From Candidatus Zambryskibacteria bacterium RIFCSPLOWO2_01_FULL_39_39 (GTDB lineage Bacteria; Patescibacteriota; Minisyncoccia; Phycocordibacterales; WO2-35-19): DNA of 64,000 nt. The translations under genes and the position numbers were made by a program. Below the pieces are notes generated by a model that saw only the letters and a list, made by a program, of their open reading frames with translations, had not been told where the DNA came from and did not search any database. Where the stretch lies: the NCBI GenBank assembly GCA_001823925.1, contig MHWB01000009.1:25086-89085 (forward strand), in the 5' to 3' direction. This document shows, piece after piece, positions 9,803 to 19,185 of this stretch (position 1 is its first letter; each line of letters starts with the position of its first letter).

Positions 9803-9984
9803 TTGAATATTTTAATCCCCTCTTAATAAAATTATGTTCTATATCTTGCCTGTCTGGTTTTAATATAACTCTTGGATTATTTTTGTCAACTATCAAAACT
9901 CTCTAGCCACAACACCAAAATTCAAACACACTTTAATTATACAGTAAAATCTATCCTCTAACAAAATTTTTGTTTATAAAAAAA

Positions 9985-10419
9985 TTAGACTGCTAATTCC
10001 AAGAGTTTTTTCCTATAATTACCAGTGATCTTATGATCTGCCCCGGGAATTACAACAATTCTCCATTTACATTTGAGAGTTTTGGCTAATTGAAGGTTAT
10101 TCTTGTACACCCATTTTTCTTTTTCTCCGACTATAAAAATGACTTCTTTAGCTTTCAATGTTTTTAGAGAATGAGCAATAGGTGTCATTGAACAGAGAAT
10201 GAGAGTTTTGACAAATTTTATTTCTACATAGTCACATGCTAAAACAGCTCCCATCGAAAACCCAATGACAGTATCATAATTTCCACGGGGGAGACGAAGA
10301 TTATCCCATGATATATTATATACTTTCATATATTTTGAAAGAACACAATAATCCTTCGCATGTTCTCCTAATCCTGGTATAAACAATGTTTTATTTTTTG
10401 TAGTGATTATCTGTTTCAT
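9985..10419 (-). CDS. Minimal alpha/beta hydrolase
   Basis: FIPGLG, GFSMG nucleophile elbow, GADH. Confidence 0.75.
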   Translation of the reverse strand: MKQIITTKNKTLFIPGLGEHAKDYCVLSKYMKVYNISWDNLRLPRGNYDTVIGFSMGAVLACDYVEIKFVKTLILCSMTPIAHSLKTLKAKEVIFIVGEKEKWVYKNNLQLAKTLKCKWRIVVIPGADHKITGNYRKKLLELAV

Positions 10420-10460
10420 AAACTATTTTAATATTTTATAATATAAATATTGTTAAATAT

Positions 10461-10500
10461 AAAAGAGCGGTAAGCATCACGTGATTGCCTCCGCTCTCTC
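10461..10500 (-). terminator. Intrinsic terminator of DUF397 gene
   Basis: AGAGCGG...CCGCTCT stem followed by T-run on the minus strand. Confidence 0.65.
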
Positions 10501-10561
10501 TGGTTGGTTCGTGACTTCCCCTTAAGGAAGTGGGTAAGTGCCTCTGCCAAAAGTGAATTTG

Positions 10562-10780
10562 CTAGGAGAGTTCAAATTCTCCCGCCTTGACCGCACCAAT
10601 GAAGGCGGTCCATTCTCTCTTGTTAAAGAACACAGTTGTCTTACCCTCATCGAGGGTGGAACGAACAGCGACGCCTTCGGGCCTGATAGCCACGGAGACA
10701 CACGGGACGTGTTTTCCCGACTTCCATTTTTTCACATCTGGAGTCTTGAAATCAGAGTCTTGAACGAGAAAGGTTTTCAT
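10562..10780 (-). CDS. DUF397-family protein
   Basis: CVSVA..GVAVR....F...EWTAFIGAVKAGEF matches the DUF397 pattern; own TTGACA-16-TATATT promoter upstream. Confidence 0.85.
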   Translation of the reverse strand: MKTFLVQDSDFKTPDVKKWKSGKHVPCVSVAIRPEGVAVRSTLDEGKTTVFFNKREWTAFIGAVKAGEFELS

Positions 10781-10968
10781 AACCCATCCTTGGATTGAAA
10801 TTCAGCTACCGAGAGCTGCCTACTCTTTAATATACTCTTTTAAATTATTCTGTCAACTCTATTACGCATATCTCTATGACAACAAAATATTATGTGCTAA
10901 GCTTTATAACAGACCAAATCGTAGTTCTTGAAGATCACAACAAGGTACATTCCGCAAAGTAAGGTAGT

Positions 10969-11016
10969 ATGAAGAAATATCCAATCTGTCCTCCGACTCC
11001 AGTCCTGCCGTCGTAA
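10969..11016 (+). CDS. Candidate 15-aa micropeptide MKKYPICPPTPVLPS
   Basis: TAAGGT upstream of the ATG; GC hairpin at 11021-11048 immediately after the stop. Confidence 0.3.
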   Translation: MKKYPICPPTPVLPS

Positions 11017-11080
11017 CCGAAAGGGGCGTTCACATGTGTGCGCCCCTTAAATATATATGATAAAGAAAAACAAAAATTTT

Positions 11081-11458
11081 TTAATCGTTTGAATACCTTG
11101 TCCCCCTCTTAATAAAATTATGCTCTATATCTTGCAGGTCAAACTTTTCTTTAAAATAATTTAATATAAATTCATTATCCATTCCGTTTTTGCAGGTATA
11201 AACATCTGCACTTAAAAACCCGTTATCTGGAAAGGTATGAATACTTATGTGGCTTTCGGCAATGACTACAAACCCGCTCCAACCCCCCGGATCCTTCTTG
11301 TCATTGTTTGGTGCAGAATAAACAACCGGCTCAGCAAGTTTGTGCATTCCTAGCTGTTCTGGAAGTTCATTTAGACATTCTAATACTAGCTCTTTGTTAT
11401 TGAGTTTTTCTTTTGATCCACCATATCCGTCTATTGTCAGATGTTCTCCAAAGTGCAT
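11081..11458 (-). CDS. speD: S-adenosylmethionine decarboxylase proenzyme
   Basis: GEHLTID, IAESHISIHTFP pyruvoyl cleavage site, DVYTC. Confidence 0.9.
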   Translation of the reverse strand: MHFGEHLTIDGYGGSKEKLNNKELVLECLNELPEQLGMHKLAEPVVYSAPNNDKKDPGGWSGFVVIAESHISIHTFPDNGFLSADVYTCKNGMDNEFILNYFKEKFDLQDIEHNFIKRGTRYSND

Positions 11459-11473
11459 ACAAAAATTATACCA

Positions 11474-11725
11474 TTATTTTATCTCAAAAACTTTATTTTT
11501 TGAGGAGGCGCCGGAGATTAGGGTAATTCTTGTAGGAGAAGTATTAAAATATTTTGCCAAGGCTTTGATTATTGCTTGGTTTGCCCTGCCTTCTACTGGA
11601 GGTTCCTTTACAGATACTTTGAGATGTAAATCTCCTTCTTTGTTCTGCCAGAGGTTCTGCTGGGCTTCTTGTTTTTCCACCTTCTCCTCTTTTGCACTCG
11701 GCTTTGCTTTTACAAACACTCTCAT
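11474..11725 (-). CDS. DUF167/YggU protein
   Basis: VKAKP, PPVEGRANQA, LISGASSKNK. Confidence 0.9.
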   Translation of the reverse strand: MRVFVKAKPSAKEEKVEKQEAQQNLWQNKEGDLHLKVSVKEPPVEGRANQAIIKALAKYFNTSPTRITLISGASSKNKVFEIK

Positions 11726-11746
11726 TATCTTATCAGATTTTTTATC

Positions 11747-14161
11747 CTAAAACTCCTTGTAGTTTGGGTCTACTGCAAAGTTTGCTGTTACAGATTTATC
11801 ACTGTTCATAGTTAGATCACAATCTCCTCTTCCAGAGCAGGACCCGCTCCATCCTGTAAATATCCTACCCGGTGCAGCTGTGGCTTGTAGGGTTACATCC
11901 TCGTCTGGATCATAATCTGCCTGACACACAGAACCGCAACTTATAGCTGGGGTACCCTGGGTACTTGATACTGTCCCCTGCCCTGCTTTGGTTACATTGA
12001 GTCTGTAGCCAATAGGTGCACAAACTGGCACAGCAATTCCTCCCGTGGCATTTTGAGTAGCGGCTATAGGTGAACTATTTTGACCACCAGCAGTTGCTCG
12101 CACCCAATAGTAGTAAGTGGTACCTCCAGCTGGAGTTGTGTCTGTAAAAGTTGTGCCTGATACTCCAGTACCAGCAAGCAGAGGGCTGGCTGGGAAAGTT
12201 CCGGGTGGAAGCGTATTTCTATAAATATTGTAAGTGACAGGTGTACCTCCACCATTGGAAGCTGTCCAAGTAATCCGAACATCTCTTGCAGGACAGACTC
12301 CTATCAAACTACCAGAAACGCTACCAGGATTAGTAGGAAGCACATTATAAGTTACTGCTACAGTCTTACTCCCGCCCGTTACAGCAGGCGTTGAACCATT
12401 ATCAGAAACCGTTACAGCGCACAAATTACTACCAGCAGGCATACTTGAAGGAATGGGGACACCGACAGCTCTTACGGTCCCTGGAGCCCCTTGAGCCAAA
12501 GGTCCGCCTGTAATACTACCAGGACTTCCGACGCCACCAATCGTACACCAAGTCTGATTTGTGCTTGCACGCCAGTTTAGATTGCTACCTACTGCTCCAG
12601 AGTTAGATATAGTAGCGTTTGATGTGGCGGGGGCAGCCTGCCCAATTTGTCTACTAAAAAACATAGTTGCTGGAATAAGTCCTATACTTGGTCCTGATCC
12701 ACCAGATACAGTCACAGTAACTGCATCAGTAGTATTGCCCGGCTGACAAGTAAGTGTGTAAGTACGATCTGCAACTAGAGCTCCAGAAGATTGACTACCA
12801 GATGTACCAGTCCAAGGACAAGACCCAGATGAACAAGTTACTGCACAAGAAGTTGCGTTTGTTGATGTCCAAGAGATAGTAGAAGCGCCACCGCTTATTA
12901 CCGAAGTTGGAGTTGCGGTTATATCTGGAAATGCATTTGCAATACTACACATATACTCCACCACATTTCCTCCACCTCTACGAAAACTGTATGTCCTGTT
13001 AAATGGATCTACTGCAGAGGCTGGAGTTCCCCAAGCTGGAGCTGGGCCGGGAAAGACATTCCAACTTGCGCCCGAAAGTTGATACATCCCATTACTTTGG
13101 GTAGAAACTATTGCATTACGGAAATTTGTAGAAGGGATATGGACAGGTTGATTGACTACCGAAGAAAATAGTCCGATATTGGTCCAGCCCGGAAGACTGT
13201 TCCAACTACAACTTTGCAGAGCTGTAGCGCCAGTACAGATTTGCTCATAAATATTTCTTCCAGTAGAAGCATTTGGTGCAAAGACATTTATTGTTGCAGG
13301 TGTTGAAAAATATTTTCCAACCGGATTTTGAGAGGCGGCAAAGCTCCCGGTAACTGTGTACCAAGAGCCATTACAAACTGTCTGTCTGCTTGGTTCTACC
13401 GTGAGGAAGACAGTTGCTTCAGCGTTACACCCAGCATCACCTGTATTTGAAAGAAGTATATCTATAGGGTAAGTGCCAGGAGTAAGAGATGAAGTATTGT
13501 TTATAGTTACACCAAAAATCGTAGGAGGAAAACCATCACCATCATTATTTGTAGGTGAAGGAGCATTACAGGTCGCTCCAGCTGGGCAAGTCGGCACCCC
13601 AACATTCATTACTGTTGAACCTTGTGCTGTGTAAGCTAAACCAACCCAACCAAGATCTCCCTGGCTAACTGTAAAACTTGACCCCGAAGGATACGAGATG
13701 ATTGGTTGACCATTTGGGTCGGAACATGTAGATCCGTTTCCATTTAAAGGAAGTGTTGTGGGCCCGTCAGATATCGGATCTGAAGAAGCTCTTTCTTCAT
13801 TCCACCAACACTGTCCAAGGTTTGTGCTACAAGGCCCACCGGTTGTATAGCTACACCAATTATTAGAACAAGAAGCAGACGTGACTTGTTGTCCTACAGT
13901 TGAACAACTTGAATCACATATATAACTATCTACGCATCGAATACCAGAACAATATGTGCCTAAAAAATTCCAACTACCACCACACGCAACATCTCCTGCT
14001 ATATCATAATTATCTATTTCACAAGCACTTACAGCTGTACATTCTGAAACTGAAGCACAAGTATCTGTCGATTGAGCACTAGAATTATCTACATTAAAAA
14101 TAAAAAATAAAACCACTCCGAGTAATAAAGGTATTATTTTGTAGAGTTTACTAGATATCAT
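11747..14161 (-). CDS. Large secreted Cys/Thr/Gly-rich surface protein (Ig/FN3-like and InlB-B-type repeats)
   Basis: Signal peptide, Cys-rich N-terminus, TYYYWVRA FN3-like, FTGWSGSCSG..TMNSDKSVTANF. Confidence 0.75.
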   Translation of the reverse strand: MISSKLYKIIPLLLGVVLFFIFNVDNSSAQSTDTCASVSECTAVSACEIDNYDIAGDVACGGSWNFLGTYCSGIRCVDSYICDSSCSTVGQQVTSASCSNNWCSYTTGGPCSTNLGQCWWNEERASSDPISDGPTTLPLNGNGSTCSDPNGQPIISYPSGSSFTVSQGDLGWVGLAYTAQGSTVMNVGVPTCPAGATCNAPSPTNNDGDGFPPTIFGVTINNTSSLTPGTYPIDILLSNTGDAGCNAEATVFLTVEPSRQTVCNGSWYTVTGSFAASQNPVGKYFSTPATINVFAPNASTGRNIYEQICTGATALQSCSWNSLPGWTNIGLFSSVVNQPVHIPSTNFRNAIVSTQSNGMYQLSGASWNVFPGPAPAWGTPASAVDPFNRTYSFRRGGGNVVEYMCSIANAFPDITATPTSVISGGASTISWTSTNATSCAVTCSSGSCPWTGTSGSQSSGALVADRTYTLTCQPGNTTDAVTVTVSGGSGPSIGLIPATMFFSRQIGQAAPATSNATISNSGAVGSNLNWRASTNQTWCTIGGVGSPGSITGGPLAQGAPGTVRAVGVPIPSSMPAGSNLCAVTVSDNGSTPAVTGGSKTVAVTYNVLPTNPGSVSGSLIGVCPARDVRITWTASNGGGTPVTYNIYRNTLPPGTFPASPLLAGTGVSGTTFTDTTPAGGTTYYYWVRATAGGQNSSPIAATQNATGGIAVPVCAPIGYRLNVTKAGQGTVSSTQGTPAISCGSVCQADYDPDEDVTLQATAAPGRIFTGWSGSCSGRGDCDLTMNSDKSVTANFAVDPNYKEF

Positions 14162-14167
14162 ATTTTA

Positions 14168-14674
14168 TCACCTAATATTTTTTATTAAAACAATCCTTAC
14201 CGTCACATCTTTTGTCACAGAATTTTTGACAAATTCAAATTTGATAGGTTGGGTTGGATTTTTGGGGTCGTAAGATAGAAATATCATTAAGTCTTTGCTT
14301 ACATTTATTTCCCCACTCACCTGCCAACCTTTGGCTAATACATAATCTTTATAAATTTTTAGATTTTCTTCTACGGTTTTAGCAGATAGGTACGCTCTGA
14401 CCACCTGTTCTTCTTGTTTTCCATCTGGAGTTGTTACCTTTACTATTTCATTTGATATAACGACAGCCCCTTCTTCTATTGGCAAGTCAGTAGGCAGTCC
14501 CTGAGGAAGGATTTCTGCGCCAAACTGTTCCGCTTTTCTCTCAAATTCTTGTTTGGGTTCTTCTACTACTGCTTTCGGATTTTTACTACTGTTCCATATA
14601 TAGATAAAAATACCTACAGCGACTCCAAACAAGATTATTATGACAGGAATAAATTTAGGATTATTATTATCCAT
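14168..14674 (-). CDS. Hypothetical membrane-anchored protein
   Basis: N-terminal TM, LPTDLPIEEGA. Confidence 0.7.
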   Translation of the reverse strand: MDNNNPKFIPVIIILFGVAVGIFIYIWNSSKNPKAVVEEPKQEFERKAEQFGAEILPQGLPTDLPIEEGAVVISNEIVKVTTPDGKQEEQVVRAYLSAKTVEENLKIYKDYVLAKGWQVSGEINVSKDLMIFLSYDPKNPTQPIKFEFVKNSVTKDVTVRIVLIKNIR

Positions 14675-14732
14675 TTTTTACAAAATATTTATACTAAATT
14701 ATAGAATAAAATTAGGATATGTTGTAAAATCT

Positions 14733-14779
14733 TGTGGATAAGGTGCTATTGACATTTGTGTTAAAAGTATTATTATAAT
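14733..14779 (+). promoter_or_regulatory. DnaA-box-like 9-mer plus sigma70 promoter
   Basis: TGTGGATAA 14733-41; TTGACA 14749-54; TATTAT/TATAAT 14771-79. Confidence 0.55.
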
Positions 14780-14829
14780 AATTAGAACAGCCAAGCTGGC
14801 TGGCACATTGAAATAGAGGAGGAAGAAAG

Positions 14830-16857
14830 ATGAAAGCAATTACTCTTTTGGTTTTGATTGCCAGCTCTCTGCTGGCAGTTGAGCAGGTGGCTAATGTGCC
14901 ACCGGATTACACTGTTGACACAGTGACCTATGACGCACAGGGGAAACTCTGGGTTTTAGGAACTGCTCTAGGTGCTGATGGAAGACCGCAGTCAATGGTG
15001 GGTATTGTTGAAGGTGGTCAGATTAAAGATCCCCTTTTCAATAAGGTATCTACTAGCCGTCCCACGAAGCGGACATTCTGGGAACAAGAAAAGAGTATTG
15101 AGTGGGGAGGTGTTTTTTCTAAAGGAAAAACACTTTACCTGCAATCACTACTTGGACCGGGGTTTCCGATTCCGTGGCCATTAGGGCGACCGCCCCAGAC
15201 CTACTTTGACAAGGTTGAGGATGGGGTTGGGAGTAGAATCTGCACTAGTATTGGTAACAATATTGGTACAAAGACTCTTGGCCGGTTTTCATATGGTTGG
15301 GTTGGGGCTGACAAAGAGAAGTATTTCGTTGCTGGCAACCGACCGCCAACAACGGACCCGCGTCCCGGCTTTACGTTTGATGAGGAATACAGTCTTTATC
15401 GGCTAACATCCTCTACATATTCCGGAAGTATCTGTACCTTTCAAAGGGTTCATCTCTTGGACAAAGACTACCGGGTTCTCCAAGCATGGAGGATGCCCGA
15501 CGGGCGCTTCCTCACAGAGAGATACCGCTTCCCTGCCACTAAGGTAGCGACGGAAGTTGGGATTATAGGAGTGGATGGCAAGTTTAGCTCTCTTCAGATC
15601 ACTGGAGAGGAATGTTGCCAACTACTTGTTGAGCCGAGTGATATCTCGGCAACCATTCTCTACAAGAGTGGTGGCAAGTGGATGGTGAGAGCCTTTCGTG
15701 ACGGACGACTCGCGGGACTGTACGAGCTTTCGGGCTTCAACAACACCCAGCCTGTCTGGCTCTCGCAACAGAACGGCCCTTGGGCTGTGTTTGCAGGAGC
15801 TGGGGCTGGTCGGCAAAATCAGGATACAGTCGTGTTAATGAATACCCTCACGGGTGTTCAAAAGGTTGTGGTTTCTGATGGACAGCTCGGTAGTGTCGCT
15901 GTCCAGAACCTGGATTCGGCGCATGTGGCTGTATCTCCCTCGGGAGAGGTAGACTTCCTGTTCAAGATAGGGCCAACGGGTACTATCTACAGAGAAAGAA
16001 TGGTGGCAATCCCGCCAATCATTACGGCTCTCTCGGTGAGCTCGGCCAAGATTACTGTCGGCGAATCTGTGGTGATACGTTGGCAGTCCAAGAATGGAGA
16101 AAAGGCTCGGCTTTATGCCGGGTCCAATATCGTCTTGGATAACTTGCCAGCTAGCGGTGAGGCGACGGTTTCCCCGCAGTTGAGTACTACCTACAAGGTG
16201 GAGGTGCTCGGATTTGGCGGTTTGGCTGAGAGCAGTGTGTCGGTGGAGGTTATGACCTCTGCCACACCTAAACCAGAATACGGAGTGCAGAGTTTCGCCT
16301 CACCTTTCTTTCACAGTTTGGAGAAATCCGAGCTTGGGTGCAGAGAGTTCTCACCCGGAGCGATCATATCGCTCTACGGCAAAAATTTGAGCAGTGGTGG
16401 GACGGCGAGTTATACAAGTTTAACGCTTCCGACTATCCTCGTCGGAACATCGGTGTTCATTGACGGAGTACGAGTACCGCTCTACTTCGTCTCTCCCGGG
16501 CAGGTGAACTTCCAGGTGCCTTACGAGGTAACCGGCCAAGTAAGATTCTGGGTAGAGGCTGGAACAGCAAAAGGACCAGAGATAAGTGTTCTCGTCAAAG
16601 ACACCTCTCCCTGCTTCTTGAGGCTTCCGAATGGAGAGCCTTACTTTGCAGAAACTGGAAATGTGCGTACATACTATGCGACCGGATTGGGCAAAACTGA
16701 TCCGACTGTGGAAACAGGCGCGCCCACTCCAGACAACGCTCTTTTCAAATCGTTTTTTGTCCCGACAGAGATCACCGGTACGCCGGTTGAAGTTTTGTTC
16801 TCGGGACTTGCTCCGTATTTCATTGGCCTATATCAGGTCAATGCAACAGTTCGTTAG
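14830..16857 (+). CDS. Secreted protein with Solibacter-type (TIGR03437-like) C-terminal domain
   Basis: Signal peptide; PGAIISLYGKNL, LPTIL.GTSV, PLYFVSPGQVNFQVP, YATGLG, FSGLAP..IGLYQVN; SD GAGGAGG. Confidence 0.8.
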   Translation: MKAITLLVLIASSLLAVEQVANVPPDYTVDTVTYDAQGKLWVLGTALGADGRPQSMVGIVEGGQIKDPLFNKVSTSRPTKRTFWEQEKSIEWGGVFSKGKTLYLQSLLGPGFPIPWPLGRPPQTYFDKVEDGVGSRICTSIGNNIGTKTLGRFSYGWVGADKEKYFVAGNRPPTTDPRPGFTFDEEYSLYRLTSSTYSGSICTFQRVHLLDKDYRVLQAWRMPDGRFLTERYRFPATKVATEVGIIGVDGKFSSLQITGEECCQLLVEPSDISATILYKSGGKWMVRAFRDGRLAGLYELSGFNNTQPVWLSQQNGPWAVFAGAGAGRQNQDTVVLMNTLTGVQKVVVSDGQLGSVAVQNLDSAHVAVSPSGEVDFLFKIGPTGTIYRERMVAIPPIITALSVSSAKITVGESVVIRWQSKNGEKARLYAGSNIVLDNLPASGEATVSPQLSTTYKVEVLGFGGLAESSVSVEVMTSATPKPEYGVQSFASPFFHSLEKSELGCREFSPGAIISLYGKNLSSGGTASYTSLTLPTILVGTSVFIDGVRVPLYFVSPGQVNFQVPYEVTGQVRFWVEAGTAKGPEISVLVKDTSPCFLRLPNGEPYFAETGNVRTYYATGLGKTDPTVETGAPTPDNALFKSFFVPTEITGTPVEVLFSGLAPYFIGLYQVNATVR

Positions 16858-16868
16858 TTCATTGAGAT

Positions 16869-16908
16869 GCCCCCATGGTGCCTAGACATCGTGGGGGCTT
16901 GCTTTTTT
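16869..16908 (+). terminator. Intrinsic terminator
   Basis: GCCCCCATGGTG...CATCGTGGGGGC stem plus T-run. Confidence 0.75.
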
Positions 16909-16988
16909 ATTTATTTTTAGTATAATAAGACCAGAAATACACTAGCCCTTTGTAATAACAAGACGGGCAGTATAGAAGGGAGTTTGGT

Positions 16989-18842
16989 ATGAGACTGATG
17001 ATTACTTTCCTACTTTTTGTTTCCTCCGTCTTCGGACAGAAGGCACGTTTTCTCGTACTCTTCGACGAGAAGAGTTACGAGACAGTCAAAAAGGTGGGGA
17101 GAGAATCGTTTGTGTCTCGGCCCGAACGTAACTTTCTCTGCCCGGGCGCAAGCCACTTTGAGTGGCTTGCAGAAAACGATAAAGGAAAAAATGGCGTGGA
17201 GCGGATAGCGGTTGTAACCGCATCAGCAAACGACATGACGCCGTGTGGAGATATGAAAGTTCGAAGGCTCTCCGAAGGACAGCTACGAGCTCCCGTGTTG
17301 GCAGAAACCGACCTCGGGCTTGACCCGCAGTCGGGTAACCAGCAAAACGAGTTTAAGCAGATCCGTTTCAATCCGGAAGAGGCCGGTAGAAGCAGGGTTG
17401 CTGAAGGTAAAATTGGTCTGGTCCTACTAGACAGTGGTGTTGGACCACATCAGGATGTAGACAGATTTGACAGCCTTGTAAAGAATACTCCAGATATCCA
17501 AGGACATGGTACTGCTGTGGTGGGAATCGCCGCGGCAACTTCCATGAATCCATTTGGGATCAAAGGGATTTCTATGCAAGCTCCTATCATATCAATCGTG
17601 GTTACCAAGTTTGATGCAAACGGGGAATTTTATGTAGACCAGGTTGACGCACTACGCGCAATCCTTTCTCTCCATGATCTGCCTTATTACGAACTGCTCG
17701 TGGTAAACATGAGCTTCGTAATATTGGAGAACGTGGAAGATCGAGAAAAATGGGACGTATGGGCCCAAGTTCTTGATTCTCTGAAGGATAAAGCCTTGTT
17801 CGTTGCCGGATCTGGCAACGACTCACGACGTTACAAGACGGAGAATTTACAACCATGCGCCAGCTCGCATTTATCAAATGTGATCTGCGTCGCCGGGGTG
17901 GATAGAAATGACAGCTCTTTTGGAGCTGGTTCAAGCTGGGGCATGGAGGTTACGACTTCTGCGCCTTGGTGCTGGTACACCACACTTGTGAAGGATTTTG
18001 AGGGTAGGCCTTACGGATGGCGCTGTGGTACGTCAATGGCGACTCCCGGTGTGGCCGGAGCCCTGACTCTGGCTATCGAGGAGAGGTATGGGGAATTCCC
18101 TAACTCTATCCTCACTCCCGAGATTCTCAAAAAGCTTCTAGTGCGAAGCTCACGCTTTGCGCCGGCGCTAATCGGGAAGGCCGTGCCAGGCATCCTTGAT
18201 GTGGGGCAACTGCTCAAGGAGTCAAGGCTTCTGATAGATGTTCCGCTCACAGAAATTCCCCTATGCAAAATTCGTGAGAGGGATGGGGTTCTCGGAAGCT
18301 GGAGCGAGCGGGCAAGTTTTGCTCGTGGAGATTTGGCAAGCATCTATGGTGAAAACCTAGAAGGTTGCAAAGTGTACTTGAACGGTAAACCGCTCGAGAT
18401 ACTTTACTCCTCACAAGGTCAGTTAAACTTTGTTTTTCCGGCGGAAATATTAGCTTTTCCACCAAAAAACCCAAGCACACTTGCTGTAGTAAGGGAATTT
18501 GACGGAAGACTACGCCCAGAGACCACCAAGATTATCCTTTCAGGCTTTTCTCCTTCCGAGTCAATCGGAGTTGGAGGAATCTATCGTGAGGGTGGACTGG
18601 TCTCTCCAGAAAATCCAGCGAGGCCCGGAGATACAATCACAGTCTTTTTGAGCGGTGCGGTAGGCGCCAAAAGCGCCACTGTGCTCCTCGGAGGAACGAC
18701 AATTGAAGTGGAAGTGAAGGAATCCTCTGGTGTCCAGACGATCTCCTTTACTCTCCCCGACCTGCCAGCAGAGTACGGTCTCTATGGCAAGGTCCAGGTT
18801 GGCCAAAGTCAAGCAGACTTTGGTTTCAACTACACGCGATAA
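16989..18842 (+). CDS. Secreted S8 subtilase with TIGR03437-like C-terminal domain
   Basis: LLDSG, GHGT, GSGN, GTSMATP catalytic motifs; SIYGENL, ILYSSQGQLNFVFP, NPARPGDTITVF. Confidence 0.88.
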   Translation: MRLMITFLLFVSSVFGQKARFLVLFDEKSYETVKKVGRESFVSRPERNFLCPGASHFEWLAENDKGKNGVERIAVVTASANDMTPCGDMKVRRLSEGQLRAPVLAETDLGLDPQSGNQQNEFKQIRFNPEEAGRSRVAEGKIGLVLLDSGVGPHQDVDRFDSLVKNTPDIQGHGTAVVGIAAATSMNPFGIKGISMQAPIISIVVTKFDANGEFYVDQVDALRAILSLHDLPYYELLVVNMSFVILENVEDREKWDVWAQVLDSLKDKALFVAGSGNDSRRYKTENLQPCASSHLSNVICVAGVDRNDSSFGAGSSWGMEVTTSAPWCWYTTLVKDFEGRPYGWRCGTSMATPGVAGALTLAIEERYGEFPNSILTPEILKKLLVRSSRFAPALIGKAVPGILDVGQLLKESRLLIDVPLTEIPLCKIRERDGVLGSWSERASFARGDLASIYGENLEGCKVYLNGKPLEILYSSQGQLNFVFPAEILAFPPKNPSTLAVVREFDGRLRPETTKIILSGFSPSESIGVGGIYREGGLVSPENPARPGDTITVFLSGAVGAKSATVLLGGTTIEVEVKESSGVQTISFTLPDLPAEYGLYGKVQVGQSQADFGFNYTR

Positions 18843-18853
18843 GATCTTTGCGG

Positions 18854-18886
18854 AAGGCCCCCCTACCAAGGTAGCGGGGCCTTTTC
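18854..18886 (+). terminator. Intrinsic terminator
   Basis: AAGGCCCC..CTAC/GTAG..GGGGCCTT plus T-run. Confidence 0.7.
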
Positions 18887-18922
18887 ATTGGACAGATTTA
18901 TTGTCTTCTGATATACTATGGG

Positions 18923-19005
18923 AGTAGGGGGATGCTCCGCTGGTGTCAACCCGGATGCGGGGATGTAGCAATGCCCGAATCCTGGTTTTTGCGGCCCCCC
19001 TACTA
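18923..19005 (+). ncRNA. Candidate small RNA 1
   Basis: Promoter TGGACA-17-TATACT (18889-18917); closing stem AGTAGGGGG/CCCCCTACT. Confidence 0.45.
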
Positions 19006-19063
19006 CGTCTTGCCAGCTGTGGATAACATAGTTGACAAGATTTTTTTTATGTATATACTTACA

Positions 19064-19152
19064 TCCGGACGAGAGAACTCATCCGCAAAAACCAGGATCA
19101 AGGAGTGGCCCGCTTGCCACCCCAAAAAGGGCGACCCGCGTCGCCCTTTTTC
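19064..19152 (+). ncRNA. Candidate small RNA 2, 16 nt complementary to RNA 1
   Basis: Promoter TTGACA-16-TATACT (19032-19059); two hairpins, then bidirectional terminator AAAAAGGGCGAC/GTCGCCCTTTTT. Confidence 0.5.
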
Positions 19153-19185
19153 ATTTTATTTAATTTTCTTAAAAAACTTTCTACC

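Noticed and set aside
18926-19005. tRNA or tmRNA (GGGGG...CCCCC ends, CGAATCC)
   Set aside because: No TTC T-loop, no cloverleaf and no CCA end
14733-19026. Replication origin from DnaA boxes
   Set aside because: Boxes are isolated, with no cluster and no dnaA/dnaN nearby
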